64,000 nucleotides of DNA from Geosiphon pyriformis uo1 (Eukaryota > Fungi > Glomeromycota): contig JAAOMT010000512.1 of the NCBI GenBank assembly GCA_016748015.1, positions 1 through 64,000 of the forward strand, given 5' to 3'. A program made the translations under genes and the position numbers. Below are positions 1-11,392 of the stretch, one piece after another; position 1 is the first letter of the stretch; every line of letters begins with the position of its first letter. Below the pieces are notes generated by a model. The model was not told the origin of the DNA, searched no databases, and saw nothing but the letters and a program-made list of their open reading frames with translations.

Positions 1-746
1 AAAATTTAAAAAAAATAAAAAATAAAAAAAAAAAAAAAAATAATAATAAAAAATAAATAAAAAAATAAATATTATTGTATTAATTTTTGCATTAAATAAA
101 TTTATTCTGAATATTAATGTTTTTTTAAAGTTATAAAAAATTTTATTTTAAAAAAAAATCAATAATTAAATTAGTAATTATATCAATAATTTAGTTAATA
201 ATCAGATTAATAATTAAATAATTAATTAAATTATTAATTAAATTAAAAATAAAAACTTCTTTCTCTCTTTTGTCCAAAATTTCCAAAAAAGTGTCAAAAG
301 TTTTTTCAAAAGAAGTTTTTTACCATTCAATACAATAAATTAAAACCGTTCTTTGATTATGAGACCACTGTTGGCCCTGTTATTGCTGTTATGAAGAAAA
401 CTATTAAAGTTTCTGGTTCTGAGAATGGTTTCAAGGCGGTTGTATTGAGGAAGAAGAGAAAGGAAGGTGTATTGGCAGAGGGTATTGATAATAGAGGGGT
501 TGCTGCTAAAGCTTCTGGTGCTCGTTCATGAGATTCTGAGACAGGTGACACTACTGAGTCTAAGAGTATTGATATGGAGGAGAAGTGCTTGGTTAAAGAA
601 ACCAGTGTTGACTATGATGAGAGTAGTGCTTTTGCAGAAAGAGATCCTAATCAAACACCAAAGGGTTTACATGTAAAGACCAAAAAGGTGTTAGGAAAGC
701 CTCTGAGTGTGATTGATTATGGTACTGTCAATACAGATGATGATGT

Positions 747-1121
747 TGTTACTGGAGGTTTTTGGTCTCTTTTCTTAAATATTGGTAATGTTGATTTGTT
801 GTGAATTCACGTTTTCAGGAAGTAGTTGAACCTCCAATAACTGAATTTATCTTTAAATTATCTCTTATAATTTGAACTGCTGGACTTATAAGTGGAATGG
901 CCAATTCCGTGCCAGTTGCTTTGTGTAGTTACATTGTAGTAAACGTCAACTCTTTCCCAGGAATTGCTCGTCTGGAAGCTCACTAAAAATGTGTAGTTAC
1001 TTTGCTGTGAAAGTCAACTCTTCTACAGGAATCTTGTCTGTAGGCTACCCTAATAATTGTAATAAGAAAAATAAAAGAAAATAAAAGAAATGTAAAAGAA
1101 ATAGAATTTTGTCAAGAGAAA
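747..1121 (-). repeat. 3' LTR of Gypsy copy A (partial; rest in N-gap 1122-1755)
   Basis: Nearly identical to 8916-9198. Confidence 0.9.
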
Positions 1122-1885
1122 NNNNNNNNNNNNNNNNNNNNNNNNNNNNNNNNNNNNNNNNNNNNNNNNNNNNNNNNNNNNNNNNNNNNNNNNNNNNNNN
1201 NNNNNNNNNNNNNNNNNNNNNNNNNNNNNNNNNNNNNNNNNNNNNNNNNNNNNNNNNNNNNNNNNNNNNNNNNNNNNNNNNNNNNNNNNNNNNNNNNNNN
1301 NNNNNNNNNNNNNNNNNNNNNNNNNNNNNNNNNNNNNNNNNNNNNNNNNNNNNNNNNNNNNNNNNNNNNNNNNNNNNNNNNNNNNNNNNNNNNNNNNNNN
1401 NNNNNNNNNNNNNNNNNNNNNNNNNNNNNNNNNNNNNNNNNNNNNNNNNNNNNNNNNNNNNNNNNNNNNNNNNNNNNNNNNNNNNNNNNNNNNNNNNNNN
1501 NNNNNNNNNNNNNNNNNNNNNNNNNNNNNNNNNNNNNNNNNNNNNNNNNNNNNNNNNNNNNNNNNNNNNNNNNNNNNNNNNNNNNNNNNNNNNNNNNNNN
1601 NNNNNNNNNNNNNNNNNNNNNNNNNNNNNNNNNNNNNNNNNNNNNNNNNNNNNNNNNNNNNNNNNNNNNNNNNNNNNNNNNNNNNNNNNNNNNNNNNNNN
1701 NNNNNNNNNNNNNNNNNNNNNNNNNNNNNNNNNNNNNNNNNNNNNNNNNNNNNNNTATGGGTTTTTATGTTATTTTTGTTTTGTTTTTGTGAGATTGTTT
1801 TCTAAATTATAAGAGAATAACTAGTAAAATTAAATTAAGTGTTCAGATTGGAAGGTTGTTCAATGACAACTATTGGTTCTAAGTT

Positions 1886-3220
1886 TCAGGGAATATCTTC
1901 GGGACTGACCAAAGGGGAATGTGTACCAATTTGTGGAATTAATGGTTCAAGATTGTTTCTGGAATGATAGTGTTTCAAATGATCTTCATGTGCAACTTTT
2001 GCTAGGATTTTGTCATCAAGTCTTAGCTTGTATGATCCATTGCCTAGGACTTTATGGATAAAAAATGGTCCATCCTATTTATTTTCAAATTTTCCACTCT
2101 ATTGTTTTTCAGCTTTAGTTCTGTGTAAGAGAACTTTGTTTCCAATTTTAAATTCATTGGTGACTGGAGGCAATTTGTTATCATGCTGTTCTTTTTGTCG
2201 AGCTTGGGAGTGTTCAATATGGGTGGCTGCTATTTGTTGTTTTCCTTCCAATGTGCTAAGCAAAGTGTAGGCTCTTCATTGAAGCATTTCTTGGAAATTG
2301 TTTTCATTGATTGGTTGTGCTGGGTATGTTTTTACTGTGAAACTAATTGGTAATGTTGCTGTCCTTCCATAAGTTAAATCAAATGGTGTGTGTTTTGTGG
2401 TATCTTGTTTTAGTGTTCTGTATGCTAGCAATACTGATGGAATAAAGATATCCCACTCTTGCTCAAAATCAGTTGAGACTTTGGCTAATGACTCACACAA
2501 TGTTCTGTTAAAACATTCTACAAGTCTGTTTGTTTGTGGATGGTAGGGTGAAGACAGAGGTCTTTTAACATTGAATCGTTCACAAATTTCTTGTATCAGG
2601 TTGTTCACCAAGTGTGTTCCCTGATCGGATAAAAGTTCAATTGGACATCCATGTCTACAAATGATGTCTTCGTAGATAAAATTTGCTACTGATTTTGCAT
2701 CTGCTTGTTGAATGGCTCTGGCTTTAGGCCATTTAGTAAGATAGTCTACAGCTACTGCAATATAATGGTTTCCTTGAGTGGTGATAGATAGTGGTCCGAC
2801 TAAATCGATACCAACTCTGTCAAAAGGCTGTCCAACTTTGATTGAATTTAAAGGTTCTGTAGGGCGAGTTCTTCCTCTTCTTTGACAACTATCACAAGAT
2901 TCGACATATTTGTGAATGTCTTTTTTCATTCAAGGCCAAAAGTAGTATTCTAGTGTTCTTTGGGTGGTGCTATCTTTTCCGAAGTGTGCTGATAAAAGAT
3001 CTGAGTGCATATTGTATAAAATGGTCTCTTTTTCCTATTCTTGTATTAATCTGAGTGGTTTGGTTGGGTTTTTGAAATTTTGATGATAGATAATGTTGTT
3101 GTATAGAAAATATTGTTTGGCTTGTTGTTGTAACTGATGTTTTTTGTCTGGGGACCAATCTGTTGGGATTGTTAATGTCTCCAAATATTGTTTGAGATTG
3201 TTGTAGTTTTCAGGATTCAT
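1886..3220 (-). pseudogene. Stand-alone DDE integrase ORF of copy A (H2C2 zinc finger, rve core, GPF C-terminal motif), 445 codons with premature stops
   Basis: MNPENY... start, H..AH...C..C, GIDLVGPL, SDQG, YHPQTN.LVE.FNRTL, GP(S/F)F. Same 1335-nt length in copies B and C. Confidence 0.9.
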
Positions 3221-3269
3221 TGTTTGTTGTTTTGATGCTGTTAATTCAAATGGGTGTTGGTTTTGTTTT

Positions 3270-6200
3270 CTAATCTTGCCTCATTCTTGAGAGACAATCA
3301 ACGTTGGTGTGGAGTTTTCCTGGTTTGTGGTATATGATGTATTAGTAATTAGCTAAAAATCCTGTCCATTGAGTTTGTTTTGCATTCAGCTGGGTGTTTT
3401 TGTTTTGAAGCCATTTAAGTCCAATATTATCAGTGATAATATCAAATTCTTTGGGTCTGAGGTAAAGGTTGAAGTGATGTAGGACCCAGATTACTGCTGC
3501 AGTTTCTAATTCTGTTGCGAAGTAGTTTTTTTTGGCTGGCTTTAATGTTTTACTAGCATAAGCAATTACTTGCTCATTTCCATTTTCATCTAACTATAAT
3601 AGGATGGCACCAAAGGCAGTATAAGAGGCGTCAGTTGCTAACCGGAATCGGTTGCTGAAATCTGGGTAGGCGAAGATTGGAGCTGTTGTGAGTTTTTCCT
3701 TAAGTATCTCGAAGACATTTTGGTGTTCTTCTGTCCATTTGTATTTGACATTTTTAATAGTAAGCTGGTTGAGGGGTTTTGCAATTTCTGAAAATTCTTT
3801 GATGAATTTTTAGTAATAGAATGCTAATCCAATAAATCCTCTTAATTCTGTGATATTCCGTGAAGTCTTGAAGTTCTTGACAGTACTGATTTTTCTGGGG
3901 TCTGGTTTAATTCCATCTTTGCTAACAATGTGACCAAAAAAAGCTAAACTTGTTTTTCCAAAGTAGCATTTTTCAATGTTCAGTTTCAATTCTGCTTTCC
4001 GTAATCGTTGAAAAATTTCTTGCAGGTAAATTAAATGTAGCTCGAAAGATGGTAAATAAACATCAGTGTCATCAAGATAAACTACTACTGATTTCCAAAG
4101 GAGGCCTTTGTAAACAACATCCATGAGTCTTTGGAATGTTGCTGGTGCATTGCATAATCCAAAAGGCATTACATTGAACTCGTAATTTCTTCCTTAAGTG
4201 GTGAATGCTGTTTTGGGGTGGTCTTTGGGATCCATAGCAACTTGCCAGTATTCACTCTCTAAATCTAATGTTAAAAAGTATTTGGACTTTCCAAGAGCAT
4301 CCAACATGTCATCAATTTGGGGAAGAGGGTAGGCATCCCCAATGGTGACACTGTTGAGTTGTTGGTAATCAACACAAAATTGTATCTTTCCATTTTTCTT
4401 TTTAACTAGGACCACAGATGAGGCCCATGGGCTCATTGATGGTTGAATAAGCCCATTGTTAAGCATCCGTTATACTTCTTCTCGGATAAATTGGTGACTT
4501 TCTGGGACAATTTGGTAGGCTTGTTGTCATCTTGGTTTGGCATCTCCTATATAGATTTGGTGTTAAACCAAATCAGTTCTTCTTAAGTCATTGTTGTTTT
4601 TGGCGAAGATGTCAGCAAATTCTGCAATTAGCTCTTTGAGCTGGGTCTGTTGTTGTGGTTCAAGTTGTCCCATGTTGATTTGAGATAGTTTTTCCATGAC
4701 AATATGGTAGTTTTCGAAGCTGGGGTTTGGATTGGTTTTTGGTATTAAATGTCCAATAATTTCAGAGAAATCGGGAACTATTTGGGATAATTCTTGTTGA
4801 AATATATTACTGTGAATAACTCTAATTTCTAAATTATTTAATAAAATTATGGGGTAATTATTGGGGTTGTAAAAAGTAACTCGGACTTTCTTTGTTCCTT
4901 CTGGAACATAAATGTTTGGGATCGAAATATTATGTTCCAAGCAAACTTGTTCATTGGACTCAAAAATTTGTTGTGTGGTTGTTGACTTTGGACAAGTGTA
5001 GATTTCCGGATGTTCTCCAAAGAGTGAGATAGTAATTGGTTGTAGAAGTCTGAGAATCTGGTGGGATTTGTTCTGTGTGTTAAAAGCTATATTAACTGGA
5101 ACTGTGAATCATCCAGTTGAACCAAAACCTTGGGTTCTTCTATTGTTTTTTCCTAATTGTTCTCTTTGATTGACTAGTTGCAAACCCGAAATGTTGATTA
5201 AGGGTAGGTAAATAGCTTGGGCAATTTTTTCAGCATGTTTGATCTTGAATGATTTGTTAGTTTCATTTTAAAGCATTACTGTTATGTCTCCAGTATATCC
5301 AGCATCGATTATTTCTCCTCTCACATTGATTTCTTTGCTTGCCAGAGAGGACCGGGAGGCGATTTGAACCATTGCTCCTGGCGGGATTTCAAGTGCAATT
5401 TTGAGGTTAATTTTTGTGAGAGATTTGGGTTTGAGAATAAGAGTATCCTTGTCTGGATATCTTAGGTCATATCCAGCATCAATTTCGTGTGCTTTTTTGG
5501 GTTTTATTCTTTGTCCGTTGTTGTTGAAGTATTTAAGTTGTAAGGCAGGCTGATTTTTGATAAGATAAATGGGTGTTGTTTCAATTTTTTCCATTTCTTC
5601 AGGTTCTCCGAATTCAATTTCATTCTCATTATTTTCGCTGGGCAAGGGAATACTAAGAGCATAACATTCAGGACACCATTGTTCATCGCAAGGCATAATG
5701 CATTCTTCACATAGCCTAATGTTCATTTGTTCTAATCGTTGAATTTGAGCTTCTTGGGTCGGGTAGGTGTGACTTGCAATTTGGTGGTAGACTTCTACTT
5801 CATCTTCATAATCGAATTCAGCTAATTCCATAGTATATTCAATGTATTTTGCTTCCTTCATTTGATGAACATCTTCTTTGGTAGCTCCATTAATTAATGC
5901 CATTGCTAAGTCGAAAATCATCTCAGCATCATAAGGGTAGTAATAAAGTTTGTTGAAAGCATTGTTGTATGCTGCATAAAAGAGTGTTCCTCTTTTTACT
6001 TTTTCTGAAATTGATAAAACATATTGGCAGGTCTGATTGCAAATGCCTCCTCTCATTGCTACATCAATCCAATTACATTCTTCTGGTAGCATATCTCCAC
6101 AAGTTAAACAAGAGGTGTTGTCTCATTTTCCGTTCCTTTTTATTAGATGGCCCCATCGCTTTTTGTGGCAAGTCTTGCAGTAATAACAAGTATGATTCTC

Positions 6201-8873
6201 ATATTCTTCTTCAGGTGAAATGCAGGCTCCCATTGATGATAGTTTCTTGTGGCAGTTCTTACATTTAAGAGAAATATAGGGGCGTTGTTTTCTTGGTTCG
6301 GGTTTCGAGTAAGGTATATTCCATCCAGAGGTTTTGGGTTTAGTGTGTAAGGTAAAATGTTCTTGTTCTGTTTTATCGGCCCAGTTGGACATTGATCCAA
6401 GAGCCATGAATGTTTCGATTATTGGTTTTTCCTCTTCTGGTTCAAATTCAAAAGCTGGGGCTTTTTCAGAGCATTTGTTGAATGTACCACAAATGGCAAG
6501 TACCTGGGTGTGTTGTCCTTGGTAGGAGATTGTTAACTCTTGTGTTTCCCAATTCAGATTAGCATTGGCTTTTTGAAGCCAATCATTTCCGACAAAAGCT
6601 TGGTACTGGGGTGCGTCTATTACAAGAACTTTGACTGGAATGGTGATTCCATCAAGAGTGAATGGAAAATTGTCAATTTTTCCTACTGGGGTCTTTTTCA
6701 TGCCATCGGCAGTAACAATTACTGTTTGAGCTGGTTGGTTGACATTTCTTTTCAACTGTTGCATTATCTGGTAGGTAATAATGCTTCCAGTAGATTCACT
6801 GTCTAGGATCAAGCGAATTGGCTTTCCTTCTACTTCAGCTTCTGTGTACATTGCAGTGATGGCTTTTTGCTCATTAGCCGCTGCATTGCTAAGCAAAAAT
6901 GGTGATTCATTTGCTTCAAATTCAAAAGGAAAGATATCAGAGAGATTGGCATTTTCAGCAATTCGGGCTGGTGGAATAGTGGTGTGGTTATGAGAAGAGT
7001 TTTGTTGTTGTTGTGCTGTAGCTCTATCTTCCAAGAGTGCAGTATGGTGAAAATCCTGTTTTTCCAGTATTGTTAAATAACTGGGTTGAGTGTGGTAGTG
7101 GTTGGGTCTTGGTTGAGTGGTATTTCAGGGAACCAATTAGTTGTTTGAACTGATTCTACTGTTGTTTACTTGGTATCAGTTTTGTGGTGTGAATTGATTT
7201 TGTGTAATCAGTTTTTGAGCAGGTACTTGATAATGTTGTGTGAGTGGTTGTTGATATTGTTGTTGGATTGGTTGTGGGGTGGGCTGATAAATGTTATTTT
7301 GGTATTGGGGTCTTGGTGGATAGTAAGCTGGTGGTAATAGTTGATAATAAGATTGCTGTGGTGGAGAGTAACGTTGATTACCCCTATTTTGTTGGTCTCG
7401 TTGTAGCTTTCTGCAATCTCTTTTCCAGTGGTCAGAGATTCCACAGTAATGGCAATTTTGGGGCTGGTTATTGGAAAGTGGTGTAAAGTTATTTTGATTT
7501 TGTCTTTGGAGTGGTTGATATCTTTGTTGTTGTTGGTTGGTAAAATAGTTTTCGACCTTCTTTGTGAGTTGGTCAATTTTTTTCTCAGCTGCTGAGCTGG
7601 TTTCTTCAATTGCCAAATTTACAAGTTTTGTACAATTGGCCTCTTCCATGGCCATTTTGTATCTTTTCACATGCTGTATGGCAGAGTTTAAATCTTCTGG
7701 CGCGTGTGGGTGAACCTTTTTAATTAGTTTATCTTTTAGACCAGTGATAAATTGATCCAAGATTTGAGCATCGGAATAATAATTGTTTGTCTCGAATTGG
7801 CAAATCCGTTTGAGAAGTTTGTTGAATTTTTCAATATAAGTCATAACGGATTCGGAGAGTTCTTGTTTGATATTTCAAAAACGATTGCGAAGAGTGATGG
7901 AGGTATTATTGTCAGTGAACTGTTCAAGGAAGGCTGCTTTGAAAGTGTTCCAATCATTGAATGGGGCGGCCAGATTTTCAAACCATTCTCCTGCTGTTCC
8001 TTTGAGAAAGTATGGAATTGTTCTTAACATTCTGGTGGCATTCCATCCATTTGTATCTCCAGCTTTAGTAACTTGGTCGAGCCATTCTTGAGGACTGGTC
8101 TCAATGTCTTCTCCATTAAAGTCAGGGATTTTTGTGATGTATGTTGTCATTTCATCTTCTTTATTTTCACTGTCTATTGATTCTTCTTCAGTTATTTCAG
8201 AGTTGTTTTTTTCGTTTGCTGCTGTCTCAGAGTGTTCACTTTGATTTTCAGCTAGAAAATCAAGGAGATTGGAACTAGTTTGAAGGGATTTTTGTTGTCT
8301 GGTGGGACTTCTGAGTGATGTAAAATCTTCTGGTCTTGCAAATCAATTCAAGGGTGAATTAGGTGTTTGTGCTTGTGCAAGTAAAACTGGAAAAGATATG
8401 ATAGTAAGTGGAAGTTTTGAGCTGGTTCCTTGTTCAGGTGTTTGTAGATGTTTGAATGATATTTTGGAAATATTGGGTGTTGTGTGAACAGGTCGGTTAT
8501 CTTTTTGTCTTTTATTGCTACTGGTTTCAGATTCAGATTTGAGTTCAAAGGCAAATTGTGCGTTTGCAGGATATTTTTCTTCACAGAATTAAATGATATT
8601 ATAATCAAGTTCCTCAAAATAAGTAGTGCAAGCTTCAGCACTAATGTTTTCTGATTCAGTGTTAGAATAGTGTAGTATGTTCTTAAGAAGATCTCTTTTA
8701 ACTGTTGTAATGTTATAGTTCCCAAAAAGGTAGTCGTTGATTTGATTTTCAATGTATTGAAAAAGTGTTTTCTTGAAAGCTATGATTCCGTTATGTATTT
8801 CAAATTGTTGTTTGCAGTGTGTGTAAATTAATTGATAGTACTCTAAGGTTGTGATGTCTGAGGCGGTCGCCAC
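3270..8873 (-). pseudogene. Gag-protease-Cys-rich-dUTPase-RT-RNaseH polyprotein of copy A (single frame, many nonsense mutations)
   Basis: ORF pieces starting at 8873, 8150, 7844, 7034, 6092, 4940, 4466 and 4169 share one frame. Motifs: CHYCGI.DHWKRDC, ILDS.S, AGYDL/RSS/IIDAGYTG/GFGSTG, SPWAS..V, MPFGL.NAPATFQ, YLDD, TDAS, NVDCLSR. Ends at TAG 3272-3270. Confidence 0.93.
5112..5550 (-). pseudogene. dUTPase domain within the Gypsy polyprotein (copy A)
   Basis: All five trimeric dUTPase motifs are recognisable: AGYDL, RSSL, IIDAGYTG, IAQ, R.TQGFGSTG. Confidence 0.92.
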
Positions 8874-8915
8874 TTTGAATCTGTTGTTGTGTTATTTCCG
8901 TGGAAGAGCACCAAA

Positions 8916-9936
8916 TGTTACTGGAGGTTTTTGGTCTCTTTTCTTAAATGTTGGTAATGTTGATTTGCTGTGAATTCACGTTTTCAGGAAGTAGTTAAAC
9001 CTCCAATAACTGAATTTATTTTCAAATTATCTCCTATAATTTGAACTGCTGGGCTTATAAGTGGAATGGCCAATTCCGTGCCAGTTGCTTTGTGTAGTTA
9101 CGTTGTAGTAAACGTCAACTCTTTTCCAGGAATTGCTCGTCTGAAAGCTCACTAAAAATGTGTAGTTACTTTGCTGTGAAAGTCAACTCTTCTACAGGNN
9201 NNNNNNNNNNNNNNNNNNNNNNNNNNNNNNNNNNNNNNNNNNNNNNNNNNNNNNNNNNNNNNNNNNNNNNNNNNNNNNNNNNNNNNNNNNNNNNNNNNNN
9301 NNNNNNNNNNNNNNNNNNNNNNNNNNNNNNNNNNNNNNNNNNNNNNNNNNNNNNNNNNNNNNNNNNNNNNNNNNNNNNNNNNNNNNNNNNNNNNNNNNNN
9401 NNNNNNNNNNNNNNNNNNNNNNNNNNNNNNNNNNNNNNNNNNNNNNNNNNNNNNNNNNNNNNNNNNNNNNNNNNNNNNNNNNNNNNNNNGAATGGTTCTA
9501 AGTGATATATCTAAAGTAAGATACATTTTCTCGAAAAGAGAAGCTCTTCTTTTATACAACTTGTTGTAACACTATTCTATGAACTTGAACTTTGCTATTT
9601 TCTACAATTTCGCTGAACTAAAGATACATTTCGGCAAACTACAAGTTATTTCGGTGAACTATTAGATATTTCGGTGAACTATCAATTATTTCGGCAAATT
9701 TCTACAAATTTCGGCGAACTTCTGAATGTTACATAGTTCGGGGTATTGCATGATTGATCATTGCAATTAGGTTACATTTGTGTTGTGTACAATTTGGATT
9801 ATTAATTAAATGATAATTTCGGACATTTTTGCTAATGTAATAAATAATCATTTGAAATGATAATATATGCTAATTAATGATAGAAATTATAAGATAATTT
9901 CATGCTAAATAATATCTCTAATTTCATCTGGTAACA
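8916..9936 (-). repeat. 5' LTR of Gypsy copy A (internal N-gap 9199-9489)
   Basis: Reverse complement of the family LTR, followed on the minus strand by PBS TGGTGCTCTTCCACGG. Confidence 0.93.
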
Positions 9937-11392
9937 ACGTGTTAGATGATTTCTTTTTTTTTCTGCCCCCTTCACCTATCAAACCAACCATTCAAGTGTC
10001 TATTTGTAAATCCTTTACTTTAGATATTGATCTTATGGTTATTGTTGAAAAGTTTTCTCAGGAAAAATTAAGTTTTATCAAGAAAATTTTTTCAAGTGTG
10101 AATGGTTTTGGGGGGGCTTCTACTCCCTCAAAATTTGGTAGAATTATTCATGTGACTTTTACTTTGGAAAAAGCAATGATGGCTGCTGGGAAGTTGGTAA
10201 ATGATTATGGTGTTGTGGTAAACACTAATCTCAAGCACCCTGTAAACAACCATATGAATCAGGCAATTGTGATGAAAAAAATTCCTGTGGGAACTTCTAA
10301 GGAGACTGTACGTGTTGCCGTGTCCGAGTTTGGATTGATTAAGTCGATTAAGATACAACTGGTGGGTCTGTGATAAAAAGTGATCATTGAATTAGAAAAT
10401 CAGAATCAGGCTGATCTCTTGGCATCCAAATGGTCTATTCTTATTAGAAAGAATGCAGTACGTGTGGCCAGGACTGATGTTGACAAACAGATGTGGGATT
10501 CCAAGGATGAATTCAGGGCACTGCTATACACTCTTCCTGTAGGAACAAATGCTCATGACCTTTGGGATTTCATTGGTTCAGTTAATGAGAAAACATGTGT
10601 TATTGATCATAATCCTGTTAGTTATGCTCATGCTTGCTGTGCTATTGTTTGCTTTGGGTTTGAATCTGATCTGGTTAGTGCAATGGCTGCAACCCCAGTT
10701 ATAAAAGGGATTGGCCTTCGCTGGTCTCACTTCTCTTTGGCACTGTGCTTGGTCTGCAGTTTTTTTGGTCATACATCTCTCAATTGTGTTTTAGTTAAGA
10801 TTGGTTCAACCCTGAGGAGCAGAAAGGCACCTCTTTCTGCTCAGGATCAGGTCAGATTGGTGACTATCTATGCTCGGAAGTCTGCGCCCATTTCTTGTCC
10901 ATTGGCCTTCAGTGGTAAGACTTGGACATCAGTTGTTGGTGCTTCTCTGATGCACAGTTCTCATGGTGCTAATTCGCTTTTTGGTTCTGACAATGTTGGT
11001 AAACCTCTCCCTTCTGTTGTAGATGATTTGAAAAAGCATTTGGTAAATATTGAGAGCAGTCTCATCAGTCTTGTAGGACAAATTGGTGAGTTGGCTAAGA
11101 AGTTGGATTCACTTGTGCTGGCAGTTTCCTAGCCTAGTCTTGGATGTCAGCTGTCAGTGACTTTCCCATCACAAAATCAAGGGGAGGATATAGTGATGGA
11201 AGTGGGCTCAGGTAAGACCATCAGTGATGAGACTGCTACTGTTACTGCTATAGTAAAGGACTCATCTGCATCCTCCCATGTTGCCAAGTTAGAGAATATG
11301 TTAGAAGGCCTTGCTGCTTCGGTGCTGAGTTTGTCTGCTCATTTTGATGAGTTGGTTCTGGCTGGTAGTATGATTCCACAACCTCCTTCTCA

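Larger units (their letters stand above)
747..9936 (-). mobile_element. Ty3/Gypsy LTR retrotransposon copy A (full length, decayed)
   Basis: Termini TGTTAC...GTAACA, two LTRs, PBS at 8898-8913, gag/PR/dUTPase/RT/RH/IN fragments, and 4-bp TSD ATGT (743-746) / ACGT (9937-9940). Confidence 0.95.

Noticed and set aside
1109-1792. ORFs made mostly of X (also 9152-9559 and 9158-9505)
   Set aside because: Artefacts of N-gaps. The first gap is also shorter than the LTR+ORF3 sequence expected there.
2010-2270. Recurrent antisense ORF MSSSLSLYDPLPRT... (also 31694 and 44132) and similar antisense ORFs over gag/PR
   Set aside because: Shadows of the conserved sense frames, with TTG/GTG starts and variable ends.
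5112-5550. dUTPase as an independent host or horizontally acquired gene
   Set aside because: It is in frame within the polyprotein and at the same position in three element copies.
9608-9721. CRISPR-like repeat/spacer array
   Set aside because: Units are 13 bp with 4-8 bp gaps inside a eukaryotic LTR, and there are no cas genes.
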